61,832 nucleotides of DNA from Desulfomicrobium sp. (GCA_024709365.1 JANJWV010000239.1:1-61832); one strand, 5' to 3'. Positions 9,094 through 18,885 are shown, counted from the first letter of the stretch. A program made the numbers and translations. Notes: a model not told the origin generated them from the sequence alone.

Positions 9094-10800
9094 TCAGAGG
9101 GGGTTGGAGCGCGCTTCCCCGACCAGGCGGCGAAAGGCGGACGCCCCCTCCCCGGCCTCCATGGAGGCCACCTCCGCGCCCCTGACCTGCAGCCAGGCCA
9201 CCAGCAGCCCCAGACCGACCAGATTGCGCTGGATGTACACGTCTTCGCCGCCGCTGCGCGTGGCCGTCAGGTAGTTGCCCCGCGAATCCACGGCGAACCC
9301 CTCGGCCTCCAGGACGGCGCGCACGATCTCGACCCGCCGGACCCTTTCCCGGCTGCGCTCCCCGCCGAACATGCAGCGGAACTGGATATAACCGGGCGTT
9401 TCGTCGTCACACCGACATTCCACGACATACAGATTCTGCTCCAGCCGCAGGGTGCAGTGCATGAAGCACTGGGCCAGGACCGCGTAGCTGCTGTAGTGCG
9501 GCATGGCCGAGGCCTCGCCGTGCGGCGCTTCGGCGTGCTCGGACACGGGCCAGGACACGACCGGGTTGACGAGCCCCAGGAGAAAGGACCAGGCCGGGGT
9601 GGAGCGCACGTCCTCCATGGAGATGACCGCCCGTTCCGCCGCCGTGGGAAACAGGCCGCCGCCGAGATTGAAGGCGTTGATGACGACCGGGATCTCCAGG
9701 CGCATCTGCTTGATGCCGGTCAGACCCCGTGCGGGCTCTCCGGCGAAGGAGAAGATCTGGGACAGGCCGCGCTCCAGGCAGAGGCAGACCAGATCGTGCA
9801 GGGACCGGCACTGTTCGGGCCGCAGCGCCTCGCCCTGGGCGCGGAAGACGTGCAGCTGGCTGATTCGCGGGACAACCTGCCCCAGACGGCGCAGCAGGGC
9901 CCCGGCGTCGGGGCCGCCCCGCCACAGGTCGCAGGAGTTCGCGGCCTCCTTCCCTTCGGGGTAGACCAGCACAGTCAGCGGGTGCTCCTCGTCGGCCAGG
10001 CCGAGGCCAAGGCGCAGGGTCAGGGCCGACGGCGAGAACTTGCAGCACACCGCCCCGATCCAGGCCGTGAAGAAGTCGGCCGCCCGCACCCCGCTCCGCC
10101 TGCCGATGAGCACCGCGTCCTCACCGCTGCCGGCCAGCACCAGCACCTCCAGCAACCCGCCGCCCCTGGCCAGTTCCATGGCCTCGATCTCCAGTTCCGC
10201 GCGCAGGCGTTCGGGCAGGTCTGCGGACAAGACCATGGACACGAGCTTCTCGCTCACGGCCTCCACCAAAGCGTCGTCGACGAGATCGAGCTGCCGCAGC
10301 AGGGCGTCCAGCCGCGGACGCAGATCGTTGGCCTCGACGAGATACTGGTACAGGGCGGGCGTGATGACGAGCCCGGATTCACCGGCCGTATCCGGAAGGT
10401 GCATGCGGACCCAGGCCAGCGGGTGCCCCGAACGGACATCGGGGATGACTGCGAGATAGGGAGGGGTCGCCGCGATGGCCGCATGTTCCGTGGACATCCT
10501 GGCGTAGAAGGCGAGCTTGGCGAACCAGTCGTGCGCATCCATGAACTCCACGGGGTTCATGGCCTGCAGGAGGTCCACGAGTTTCCGGATGGCGATGGTC
10601 AGCCTGCCGGTCAGTTTCGAGATCATGCTCCAGTCCACGACCCTGTCGCCCGTCAGCAGATCGTCGTAGTAGGCCAGCAATGAGAAGCAGAAGGCCGACT
10701 GCCTCTGGATGTCCCGGAATGCGTTGTATTTGGCCCGGGGAATCGAGCCGGGCGCGAACGTCTCGAAGGTCCAGTGGGAGAAGAGGCCGAACTCGCCCAT
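9094..10800 (-). CDS. PEP-synthase/PPDK-related protein lacking recognisable catalytic modules
   Basis: ATG 10800 after GGAGGG; C-terminus (CRSLHDL..NLGGGL..SYAVL..YIQFR..RRVEIVRAVLEAEGF) resembles the tail of Desulfovibrionales PEP/pyruvate-binding-domain proteins. Confidence 0.55.
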   Translation of the reverse strand: MGEFGLFSHWTFETFAPGSIPRAKYNAFRDIQRQSAFCFSLLAYYDDLLTGDRVVDWSMISKLTGRLTIAIRKLVDLLQAMNPVEFMDAHDWFAKLAFYARMSTEHAAIAATPPYLAVIPDVRSGHPLAWVRMHLPDTAGESGLVITPALYQYLVEANDLRPRLDALLRQLDLVDDALVEAVSEKLVSMVLSADLPERLRAELEIEAMELARGGGLLEVLVLAGSGEDAVLIGRRSGVRAADFFTAWIGAVCCKFSPSALTLRLGLGLADEEHPLTVLVYPEGKEAANSCDLWRGGPDAGALLRRLGQVVPRISQLHVFRAQGEALRPEQCRSLHDLVCLCLERGLSQIFSFAGEPARGLTGIKQMRLEIPVVINAFNLGGGLFPTAAERAVISMEDVRSTPAWSFLLGLVNPVVSWPVSEHAEAPHGEASAMPHYSSYAVLAQCFMHCTLRLEQNLYVVECRCDDETPGYIQFRCMFGGERSRERVRRVEIVRAVLEAEGFAVDSRGNYLTATRSGGEDVYIQRNLVGLGLLVAWLQVRGAEVASMEAGEGASAFRRLVGEARSNPL

Positions 10801-10867
10801 CACCCCTCCCCGCCCCGCACGGACACGAGGCCCGCAGCAAAGCACCTGACGTTCACGATCCCCGGCC

Positions 10868-11521
10868 TCATGGCTTTTCCTTCCCCTCCGGGCCATCCTT
10901 TCCCTTCACGCCCGCCGCGTCGGCATCCTGATCCGGCGAAGGCTTGAGCAGATCCACGAAGGGCAGCATCTCCTCGCCCTTGCCGTGCCTGGTCCATTCG
11001 AGGACCCGGCGGTAGGCGGGCGACAGGCGCATGAGCTTACCGTAGGCGATGCGCGTGAAAATGTAGATCGGTATGAAAAAGAACGGGTAGAAAACGCTCT
11101 GCCCCACTCCCGGAATCGAGAAGGGCAAGTCCATGGGGATGCCGCCGAAACGCATCTCCATCCAGGCGAGAGCGAACGGCAGGGGCCAGATGGACAGGGC
11201 GAACGCTCCGGCCTGACTGAAAAAATACTTGCCGAAGGCTTCGTGGGCCTGCTTGTTGACGGCCTTGTAGGCGTCCTTGTCGGAATTGCGCAGCGCCTTG
11301 ACCGAAAGGTTGTGATGCTTGACCATTTCGTCGTGATAGGCGCCGTAGACCTTCCTGTTCAGCCTGCGGGCCAGAATGGAAGTGACGTCGCCGAGCATTA
11401 CGCACGCCAGGTTCAGAATCAGGGACCCGATCAGGAAACCCGCCCAGGGTTCGTCGGACACGCGGAATGCCCAGACCACGAAAGGATCGAGGGCCACAAG
11501 AAAATCCCGGAACATACCCAT
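10868..11521 (-). CDS. Conserved hypothetical membrane protein
   Basis: 217 aa, about 3 hydrophobic segments around a charged helix (YKAVNKQAHEAFGKYFF), WPLPFALAWM motif. Confidence 0.75.
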   Translation of the reverse strand: MGMFRDFLVALDPFVVWAFRVSDEPWAGFLIGSLILNLACVMLGDVTSILARRLNRKVYGAYHDEMVKHHNLSVKALRNSDKDAYKAVNKQAHEAFGKYFFSQAGAFALSIWPLPFALAWMEMRFGGIPMDLPFSIPGVGQSVFYPFFFIPIYIFTRIAYGKLMRLSPAYRRVLEWTRHGKGEEMLPFVDLLKPSPDQDADAAGVKGKDGPEGKEKP

Positions 11522-11623
11522 AGGTTCGTCAGTCCTTGATGATAAAGTGCGAGGACGGTCCCGCCATGCCTCGACCCAAAGCCTTATCCGACTCCGACGG
11601 CCTCGACAATTGTGAAAAGGGAG

Positions 11624-11655
11624 AAAAAAAGGCCCCGGCGTGAACCGGGGCCTTT
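11624..11655 (-). terminator. Intrinsic terminator after the TSUP gene
   Basis: AAAGGCCCCGG-cgtgaa-CCGGGGCCTTT with A7 on the left (U-tract on minus). Confidence 0.8.
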
Positions 11656-11680
11656 GTCACAGCCAGCAAGGGCGCAATGA

Positions 11681-12925
11681 CTAGCCGAAGATGCGGTAAT
11701 CGAAGAAGCCGCGCAGGACGTAATCGATACCCACATAGAAGGCCAGGACGATGAAGATGCGCTTGAGCAGCTTGTCGGAGAGGTACTTGGACGTGTACGG
11801 GCCGACGATGGAACCGATGGCGATACCGACCATCTCAGTGCCGATCAGGGCCCAGTCAATGGGGGTGCCCTTGGTCATGAGCGTCGCGATGCTGGTGATC
11901 ATGCTGACCAGAACGGCCAGAGCAGAGGTGCCGGCGGCCAGGTACATGGGCAGTTCGGTGATGGCAGTGAGGAAGGGCACCAGCAGGAAGCCGCCGCCGA
12001 CACCGAGGAACGCGGCCACGGCGGAGATGACGACACCGCCGACGATGGGCAGGATGGGGTTGAAGCTGAACTCGACGCCGCAGAAAGTGAAGTCGACCTT
12101 GGCGATGCTCATGCCGAGAATCTTCACGCCGGTCGGGGCAGTGCCGCTGCCGGCCTTCTGAGCCTTGACGGCGTCTTCAAAAGCCTTGGCGGCCTGCTTG
12201 GCCTTGCTCTTCTTGGCCTGACCCGCGGCGGAGGTGTCCCAGAACAGGAACATGCCCAGGCCCAAGACAAACAGACCGAACCAGCCCTGGTACTGCGAGA
12301 AGGACACCTTGCCTGCGGTCAGGGTCGCGGAACCCCAGGCGCCCAGCAGGGAGCCGGCGCCCAGAGCGATGGCCAGAGGGAACACGAGGCGGCCCATCTT
12401 GCCGTAGTTGATGGAAGAGATAAGGGCGGACAGACCGACCAGGAACTGGTTGGATGCACGGATGGAGTCCGTGACGGTCTTGTTCAGTTCGGGAGCGGTG
12501 CTCTTGAAGGTCTTGGCGTAGGCGCCGAGACCGAAAACGGTCATGTGGCCGACACCGGCCATGACGCCGCCGAATGCGCCGACGGTGGAGAAGATCCAGC
12601 CGACCCAGATGGCCCAGATCAGAGCCAGGACGACGTTGACCTGCGGGCCGCCGGGGATGCCCAGGAAGCCTGCGGGCTTGGCCGGGTCGATCTGACCCTT
12701 TTCGGTGCCCACGGGGGCCTTGGCGATGGCCTGCTGCAGCTTGTTGCCGGCAGGAGCGGCGGCTTTCGGCGCTTCGGCGGCGGGGGCGGCGGCAGGAGCG
12801 GCGGCCTGTTCAACGGCCGCGGGGGCGGCCTGCGGGGCGGATGCGTTGTCCTGGGCCCACAGGGGCGCGGATACGAACGCCAGGGCGACAAGTGCGGTCA
12901 CGAGCATGACATGAAAACGTTTCAT
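11681..12925 (-). CDS. Sulfite exporter TauE/SafE (TSUP) family membrane protein with N-terminal signal-like/Ala-Pro extension
   Basis: ATG 12925 after GGAGG; FSTVGAFGG and FLGVGGGFLLVP repeats, AAGTSAL; many TM segments. Confidence 0.85.
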   Translation of the reverse strand: MKRFHVMLVTALVALAFVSAPLWAQDNASAPQAAPAAVEQAAAPAAAPAAEAPKAAAPAGNKLQQAIAKAPVGTEKGQIDPAKPAGFLGIPGGPQVNVVLALIWAIWVGWIFSTVGAFGGVMAGVGHMTVFGLGAYAKTFKSTAPELNKTVTDSIRASNQFLVGLSALISSINYGKMGRLVFPLAIALGAGSLLGAWGSATLTAGKVSFSQYQGWFGLFVLGLGMFLFWDTSAAGQAKKSKAKQAAKAFEDAVKAQKAGSGTAPTGVKILGMSIAKVDFTFCGVEFSFNPILPIVGGVVISAVAAFLGVGGGFLLVPFLTAITELPMYLAAGTSALAVLVSMITSIATLMTKGTPIDWALIGTEMVGIAIGSIVGPYTSKYLSDKLLKRIFIVLAFYVGIDYVLRGFFDYRIFG

Positions 12926-13099
12926 AAAACCTCCCTTTCTCTCCCGTTGTACAAAGATGTGGTTCTGTCCGGAAATTTTCCTCGCCATCGTCGACGGAGC
13001 GCCTTTGGAGACGAAAACACTCGAAAATTGTTGCGCTCCTCTACCACCATCACGGAAAAATTGGCAACTTCCTTCTCTTCGCAACGCCCCTTGCTCCTT

Positions 13100-13172
13100 T
13101 TGTCACACTTTTCACCAAACGATGGCCCTCATTCCCGTTTTTTGGGGTCGAATTTAGTTCATTATTTCACAA
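13100..13172. promoter_or_regulatory. Two Rex/CRP-FNR-like 18-bp boxes
   Basis: TTGTCACACTTTTCACCA (13100-13117) and TAGTTCATTATTTCACAA (13155-13172): 13/18 and 14/18 matches to TTGTGAAATATTTCACAA. Confidence 0.45.
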
Positions 13173-13243
13173 GCACGACCACATGGTTCTCGCCTCCGGG
13201 AACAAACGGATGCAGTACAGCACAATTCCGCGGTTTGCATGAC

Positions 13244-13271
13244 AAAAAAAAGGCGCCCCGAAGAGCGCCTT
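13244..13271 (-). terminator. Intrinsic terminator after secF
   Basis: AAGGCGC-cccgaaga-GCGCCTT preceded by an A-run (U-tract on minus). Confidence 0.7.
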
Positions 13272-13295
13272 GCGTGCGGACAGTCCGAGCAGGGT

Positions 13296-14369
13296 TCAGG
13301 CCGCTGCGGTCTTGGGAGCCTCCTCCACGTCGATGCGCGGCTTGAAGAACCCGAGGACGGGAGCGGCAACGTAGATGGACGAGTAGGTTCCGGCCAGGAC
13401 GCCCAGCAGCATGCACAGGGCGAAGTCGTGGATCACGCCGCCGCCGAAGATGTAGAGGGCCAGGACGGCCAGGAAGGTCGTGCCCGAAGTGATGATGGTC
13501 CTGGACAGGGTCTGGTTCACCGAACGGTTGATGACCGTGTCCAGCGAGGGAGAGACCTTGGCCCGGAGATTCTCGCGGATGCGGTCGTAGACGATGATGG
13601 TGTCGTTCAGGGAATAGCCGACGATGGTCAAGAGCGCCGCGATGATGGTCAGGTCCACGTCCTTGTTCATGATGGAGAAGAAGCCCAGCGGAATCATGAC
13701 GTCGTGGATGAGGGCGACCATGGCGCCGAGGGCGTACTTGAGGCGCAGCACCACGCACAGAACCAGGGTGGCGACGGTGGCGGCGATGACGGAGATGCTC
13801 GTGGGCGCGTTCAGGAAATCGAGGACATAGACAACCGTGGACAGACCGGCGGCCATGAGTCCGGCGACCATCCACTTCTGCTCGAAGCGGCCGGAAATGT
13901 AAGTCGCGATGAGCAGGACCGCGTAGAAGATGGCCTGCAGGGCCTTCTCGCGCAGATCGGCGCCGACCTTGGGCCCGACCATTTCCAGGCGCTGGATCTC
14001 GTGCGCTCCGGCACCGAACTGGGCGTCGAGCCCGGCGGAAACCGCGTCGCGAACCTGATTGGTGGTCTGGTCGGCGAAGGAGACGCGCAGCAGCACCTCG
14101 TGGTCGGCGGCGTCGCCGAAGTCCTGCACGATGAGGCCGGGCAGGTCCGGGCTGTTGAGCGCCGTGCGGACCTTGTCGAGCTCGGCCTCCTGGCTGAACT
14201 TGACCTGGACGTTGAAACCGCCGGCGAAATCGATGCCGTACTGCGGCCCGCCCTTGAAAAGCAGGGACAGGGTACCGGCGATGAGCAGCACCGCGGAGAG
14301 GATGTAGGCGTATTTGCGCAGCCCGACGAAATCTATGCTCGTGTCGTGTCTGATGAGTTCAAAGGACAT
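13296..14369 (-). CDS. secF: Protein translocase subunit SecF
   Basis: YGIDFAGG, VGPKVG, HDV, GYSLNDTIIVYDRIRE, TLSRTIITS, GTYSSIYVA. Confidence 0.97.
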   Translation of the reverse strand: MSFELIRHDTSIDFVGLRKYAYILSAVLLIAGTLSLLFKGGPQYGIDFAGGFNVQVKFSQEAELDKVRTALNSPDLPGLIVQDFGDAADHEVLLRVSFADQTTNQVRDAVSAGLDAQFGAGAHEIQRLEMVGPKVGADLREKALQAIFYAVLLIATYISGRFEQKWMVAGLMAAGLSTVVYVLDFLNAPTSISVIAATVATLVLCVVLRLKYALGAMVALIHDVMIPLGFFSIMNKDVDLTIIAALLTIVGYSLNDTIIVYDRIRENLRAKVSPSLDTVINRSVNQTLSRTIITSGTTFLAVLALYIFGGGVIHDFALCMLLGVLAGTYSSIYVAAPVLGFFKPRIDVEEAPKTAAA

Positions 14370-14379
14370 GGTCGGCTCC

Positions 14380-15975
14380 TTAAATGCTCGGTTGGGTTCC
14401 GGGCTGCCGTCTGGCCAGCCAGGCGTCGAAGAAGATGCGGGACACGAAGATGGCCGTGAACATGGACGCCAGGATGCCGAGCGTCAGGGTCACGGCGAAG
14501 CCGCGCACGGGCCCGGTGCCGAACTGGTACAGGATGACGGCGGCGATGACCGTGGTCAGGTTGGAGTCGAGGATGGTCACGGTCGCGCGGGAAAAGCCGT
14601 TATGGATGGCCGAGGCCACGGATTCGCCGTGCCGCAGCTCCTCGCGGATGCGTTCGTAGATGAGCACGTTGGCGTCCACGGCCATGCCCAGCGTCAGTAT
14701 GATGCCGGCGATGCCCGGCAGGGTCAGGGTCGCGCCGAAGGCGGCCAGTCCGGCCAGGATCAGCAGGATGTCGAGAATGACCTCAAAGGACGCGATGAGA
14801 CCGGCCCTGCGGTAGTAGACCGACATGAAGACCACCACGAAGACGCCGCCGATCAGCGCGGCGATCATGCCGGCGTCGATGGATTCCTGCCCCAGGGAGG
14901 GGCCGACCGTGCGTTCTTCGAGGATCGTCACGGGCGCGGGCAGGGAGCCGGCCCGCAGGACGACGGCCAGGTCGTGGGCCTCCTCGGTGGTGAACTGGCC
15001 GGTGATGGAGGCGCGGCCGCCGCCGATGCGGTCCTGGATGACCGGGGCGGAGTGAACCGTGCCGTCGAGCACGATGGCCAGTCGCTTCTTGACGTTGGCG
15101 CCGGTCACGTCCTCGAAGATGCGGGCCCCGCGGGCGTTGAAATTCATGCCGACATAGGCCTGCCCGTAGGAGTCGAACTGCACGTTGGCGTCGGTGATGT
15201 ACTCGCCCGTGAGCACGACCTCGGCCTTGAGGACGATGGGGGTCTTGACCTCGGCCCCGCCGCGCTTGTCGACGAGATAGGCCAGCTCGCTCTCGGCGGG
15301 CACCTTGCCGGCCACGGCGGCCTGGACGTCCGCACCCTCGTCGACCAGCTTGAATTCGAGATGGGCCGTGCGGCCGATGATGTTGATGGCCCGCTTGGGG
15401 TCGTCGAGACCGGGAAGCTGGACGATGATGCGGTTGTCCTGCTGCTTGCGGATGTCGGGCTCGGCCACGCCGAACTGGTCGATGCGGTTGCGGATGGTCT
15501 TCAAGGCCTGATCCATGGTCAGGTCTTCGAGATATTTGACGTAACTTTCCGAGGCCGTCAGCACGTAACGCATCTGGCCGTTGCCGGCGTCCTCCCGAGT
15601 GGTCACCTCGAAGCTGCCGAAGCGGGCCTTGAGCAGGTCGTCAACCTCCGGCTGCTGTTCCTTCTTGAGGAGTGTGAACTCGAGTTGGCGCGTGCCCAGC
15701 AGGCGCGGCCGCAGAACGGGCACCTTTCTTTCGCGGGCCTCGACCCTCAGATCCTGGCCGACGCTGGTGATGGCGTTGGACAGCGCGGTGTCGAGGTCCA
15801 CGCCCAGGGTCAGATGAATGCCACCCTTGAGATCCAGACCGAGATTGATTTCGTCGGACGGCAGCAGGGCCCCGAGCGAAGAAGTGCGAACCGAAGGAAT
15901 GGACGGCAGGACGTAAATCAAGGCCACCACAATCACGAACGCGGCAAGCAATGCCCTCCAGCGCAAACTACCCAT
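14380..15975 (-). CDS. secD: Protein translocase subunit SecD
   Basis: LGLDLKGG, RIDQFGVAEP, VGPSLG, TLPGIAG, GMAVDANVLIYERIREE; start ATG 15975 (15984 also possible). Confidence 0.97.
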   Translation of the reverse strand: MGSLRWRALLAAFVIVVALIYVLPSIPSVRTSSLGALLPSDEINLGLDLKGGIHLTLGVDLDTALSNAITSVGQDLRVEARERKVPVLRPRLLGTRQLEFTLLKKEQQPEVDDLLKARFGSFEVTTREDAGNGQMRYVLTASESYVKYLEDLTMDQALKTIRNRIDQFGVAEPDIRKQQDNRIIVQLPGLDDPKRAINIIGRTAHLEFKLVDEGADVQAAVAGKVPAESELAYLVDKRGGAEVKTPIVLKAEVVLTGEYITDANVQFDSYGQAYVGMNFNARGARIFEDVTGANVKKRLAIVLDGTVHSAPVIQDRIGGGRASITGQFTTEEAHDLAVVLRAGSLPAPVTILEERTVGPSLGQESIDAGMIAALIGGVFVVVFMSVYYRRAGLIASFEVILDILLILAGLAAFGATLTLPGIAGIILTLGMAVDANVLIYERIREELRHGESVASAIHNGFSRATVTILDSNLTTVIAAVILYQFGTGPVRGFAVTLTLGILASMFTAIFVSRIFFDAWLARRQPGTQPSI

Positions 15976-16021
15976 GAGCGTCATCCTTATCCAAGGCAAA
16001 CAGGTTAGGTGTGTCGTCGAC

Positions 16022-16099
16022 AAAAAACACGCACCGGGGGGCGAAACCTCCGGCTACGCGTACAAAACAAGGCCTGTTCCCGGTTGCGGAAACAGGCCT
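16022..16099 (-). terminator. Two tandem terminator-like hairpins between yajC and secD
   Basis: AGGCCTGTT..AACAGGCCT (16070-16099) followed by a T-rich tract on minus; CCGGGGG..CCTCCGG hairpin followed by T6 on minus (16022-16027). Confidence 0.5.
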
Positions 16100-16125
16100 G
16101 CCTTATCGTAGGACGTGTGAAAAGG

Positions 16126-16476
16126 CTACTTTTTCTTGTCCTTGGCCTTGCCGGCGTCGGCGGTGATCACGGCCGAAATGAAGGCGCGGCCGACCTGCAC
16201 CTGGATGTCGTTGCCCAGATCCAGGGTCAGGATGTCGTCCTTGGCCTCCACCACGCGGCCGTACAGGCCGCCGGCGGTGATGACACGGTCGCCGCGCGAC
16301 AGGTTGTCGAGCATCTGCTTGTGTTCCTTCTGCTTCTTCTGCTGCGGACGGATGAGCAGGAAGTAGAATATGACGAACATGAGAATGAGGGGCATGAAGG
16401 TCATGAGGGGCCCGCCGGGCTGGCCTCCGGCCGCGGGCGCCTGTCCCATGGCGTGGGCGATACTTTCGAAAAACAT
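16126..16476 (-). CDS. yajC: Preprotein translocase subunit YajC
   Basis: FYFLLIRPQQKKQKEH, GDRVITAGGLYG. Confidence 0.97.
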   Translation of the reverse strand: MFFESIAHAMGQAPAAGGQPGGPLMTFMPLILMFVIFYFLLIRPQQKKQKEHKQMLDNLSRGDRVITAGGLYGRVVEAKDDILTLDLGNDIQVQVGRAFISAVITADAGKAKDKKK

Positions 16477-16558
16477 GATGTTTCCTCCGTTGACGTGATG
16501 TCGCGTTGTTTCGCGCGTTGGCTACCCTGCGGCAGCCAGAAATTCAAGACCAAACCGT

Positions 16559-17974
16559 CTAGATGCCCAGAATCTCCCGGTACTCGGAGACCTCGTTCCG
16601 CACCTGGACGATCTTTTCGAGGTCCTTGCCGCCGGCGGCAAGGGATTCGGCCTTATCCAGGTGGAAGGCGTATTTCTTGAACTGGCGTTTGTAGGCGAAG
16701 GCCTTGGCGTAGTTGAGGTGCGCGTCGAACCCTCTGCCCAGGGCCGCCTGGTAGCGGGCCAGATTCTCAAGCACTTCCGAGTCCCGCGGCACCGCTTTGG
16801 CCACGCGCTCCATGGCCGAAACGCTCGACGCGTAGTTGCCCTGCTCGGCCACGGCCCGGGCGTAGAAAAAGAGGGCGTACAGGTCGTCCGGATCGCGCAG
16901 CACCGTTTCCTGCAGCAGCCTGGCCGACGTGGCGAGGTCGCCGAACTCGAAGGCGTAGCGGCCGTACTCTCGTTTCCACAGGGTATCCGACGGGTTGCAC
17001 GCCATGGCCTCGGAGAAGCCCTTGCCGGCCTCATCGGCGCGCCCCAGTCGGCTCAGGGCGATGGCCCGGCCCAGACGGTCCTGACACGTCGACCTGGCAG
17101 GCGCCGAGAACAGGGCCAGGGCCGAATTCGCATCGGTGTACCAGGCATGGACGAGCATCTTCACGCGCTCGTATTCCGCATTGTCCGAGCGCCTCTCGCG
17201 CACCGTCTTGGGGAGCCTGGCCACGCGCTCCTGCATGTAGCCCACCCGGTCGTCGACGCCCGGGTGGGTGGACAGGTACGAAGGCACATCCCCTCCCCCG
17301 GACATCCACTGCAGCTTGCGGATCTTCTCGAAAGCCCCGACCATGCCGCCCGGGCCGAAACCCGCATCCACCAGGTAGCCGAGGCCGTACTGGTCGGCGT
17401 CGGTCTCGTTCTCGCGGGTGTACTTGAGCTGCATGGCCTTGGCGCCGGCCACGGTGCCCAGGGCCAGGGCACTGGCCCCCTCCCCTCCCCCCTGGGAGCC
17501 CACGAGCACGGCGGCCAGGATGCCCAGCAGCGACCCGGCGCCGGTCAGCTGGCTCTGCTCGATGGACTTGGCGATGTGCCGCTCGGAGACGTGGGCCAGT
17601 TCGTGGGCGATGACGCTGGCCAGTTCGTCCTCGCCGTCCAGATTGGTGATGAGGCCGGTGAAAATCGTGATGTGGCCTGCGGCCGAGGCGAAGGCGTTCA
17701 GGGCCCCGTTTTTGACCACGGTGACCTTGATGGGGAAGGGCTGCGGCGGCATGGCCGCCACGAGGCGGTCGACGATGGACTGCACGTAGCCGGTGATGCG
17801 GGTGTCCTCGATGACGGGGAAGCGCGTCTCGATGATGAGGTCGAACTTGCGGGCCAGCTCGAGTTCGTCACGGATGGTGAACTCGCCGAACGCGTCCGCG
17901 ACGCTTCGGGGGCAGGTCCAGGCGATGAGGAAGGCCAGCAGCCACGCAGCCGCCCTCGCGCCGCGGGTGCGCAT
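16559..17974 (-). CDS. M48 family metalloprotease with TPRs (BepA/YfgC-like)
   Basis: Signal peptide, NAFA, AHELAH (HExxH), YTRENETDAD, YLSTHP, C-terminal TPRs; TGATG overlap with nadE. Confidence 0.9.
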   Translation of the reverse strand: MRTRGARAAAWLLAFLIAWTCPRSVADAFGEFTIRDELELARKFDLIIETRFPVIEDTRITGYVQSIVDRLVAAMPPQPFPIKVTVVKNGALNAFASAAGHITIFTGLITNLDGEDELASVIAHELAHVSERHIAKSIEQSQLTGAGSLLGILAAVLVGSQGGGEGASALALGTVAGAKAMQLKYTRENETDADQYGLGYLVDAGFGPGGMVGAFEKIRKLQWMSGGGDVPSYLSTHPGVDDRVGYMQERVARLPKTVRERRSDNAEYERVKMLVHAWYTDANSALALFSAPARSTCQDRLGRAIALSRLGRADEAGKGFSEAMACNPSDTLWKREYGRYAFEFGDLATSARLLQETVLRDPDDLYALFFYARAVAEQGNYASSVSAMERVAKAVPRDSEVLENLARYQAALGRGFDAHLNYAKAFAYKRQFKKYAFHLDKAESLAAGGKDLEKIVQVRNEVSEYREILGI

Positions 17975-18876
17975 CACGCCCTCGCGCCCCTCGGGTCCAC
18001 CAGCACCGCCCCGTTGCGCTTGAACCCGCTGGCCAGAAAGCGGCGCACCGGCCCCGACCCTTCGAGGGCGGCCTTGCGCGCCGCCTGTTCGGCGGTCAGG
18101 CCGCGGTCGCGTTCGTCGCGGCGCAGGCGGAAATACTCGCGGAACATGTCCTCGACGTGGGCGTAGGATTCGGCCTCCAGCTGATCGAGGTCCGAGCTGC
18201 TTATCCCGAGCCCATCCGTGGGCACGGCCTCGATGGCCGCCTGCAGGGGCGCCGGATCGGCCAGGCGGGCGCAGAGCATGCGCGCCAGGTCGTACTCGGA
18301 GGATTTGGGGATGAGCTGGATGGGGCTCACGTCCCCCACGTCGCCGTGCAGGGTCCAGAAGCCGGTCAGCAGTTCGTCCAGCTGATCCGTGGAGAGGACG
18401 CAGCCGCCGTGAAGCTGAGCCACGTGGTACAGGAAGAGCATGCGGGTGCGGGCCTTGAGGTTGCCCTCGGCCACGGGATTCGTGTCCGGATAGATGCCCG
18501 CGAAGGTCGCGGAAATCTGCCGGTAGAGGTCCGTGAAGTCATGCTTGTGGGTGAGGGACACGCCCTCGGGCGCCATGGCGTAGGCTTCGGCCACGCGCGT
18601 CCCGCGATCGATCTCGGCCGGGGTGTTGGAGGCGATGGGCAGACAGAATCCCAGGTAGGGAATGCGCCTGGAGTGAAGCAGGGCCGCCAGGAAGGACGAA
18701 TCGATCCCCCCCGAGAGGCCCATGACGTAGAGCTTGCGGCCCGATATCCGCAGGTAGTCCTGCAGAAAATCACCCAGGGCATCCAGGAGCCCCTCGGAGG
18801 CCTTGACCTCCAGAAGCTCCAGCCAAAGATCGAAATCGTCGTCGCAGGGACATTCCATGCGGGGCAAAGCGGCCAT
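17974..18876 (-). CDS. nadE: NH3-dependent NAD+ synthetase
   Basis: GLSGGIDSS, GNLKARTRM, GFWTLHGDVGD, PTDGL motifs; no glutaminase domain. Confidence 0.9.
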   Translation of the reverse strand: MAALPRMECPCDDDFDLWLELLEVKASEGLLDALGDFLQDYLRISGRKLYVMGLSGGIDSSFLAALLHSRRIPYLGFCLPIASNTPAEIDRGTRVAEAYAMAPEGVSLTHKHDFTDLYRQISATFAGIYPDTNPVAEGNLKARTRMLFLYHVAQLHGGCVLSTDQLDELLTGFWTLHGDVGDVSPIQLIPKSSEYDLARMLCARLADPAPLQAAIEAVPTDGLGISSSDLDQLEAESYAHVEDMFREYFRLRRDERDRGLTAEQAARKAALEGSGPVRRFLASGFKRNGAVLVDPRGARA

Positions 18877-18885
18877 GCCTCCTCC

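Noticed and set aside
12740-12840. Repeat-like GC-rich tract in the TSUP gene
   Set aside because: It encodes an Ala/Pro linker; not a DNA repeat element or CRISPR
13031-13046. sigma54-like TGGTAGAGGAGCGCAA upstream of the TSUP gene
   Set aside because: Spacing is one base short; a sigma70-like TTGCCA-18-TAGAGG fits better
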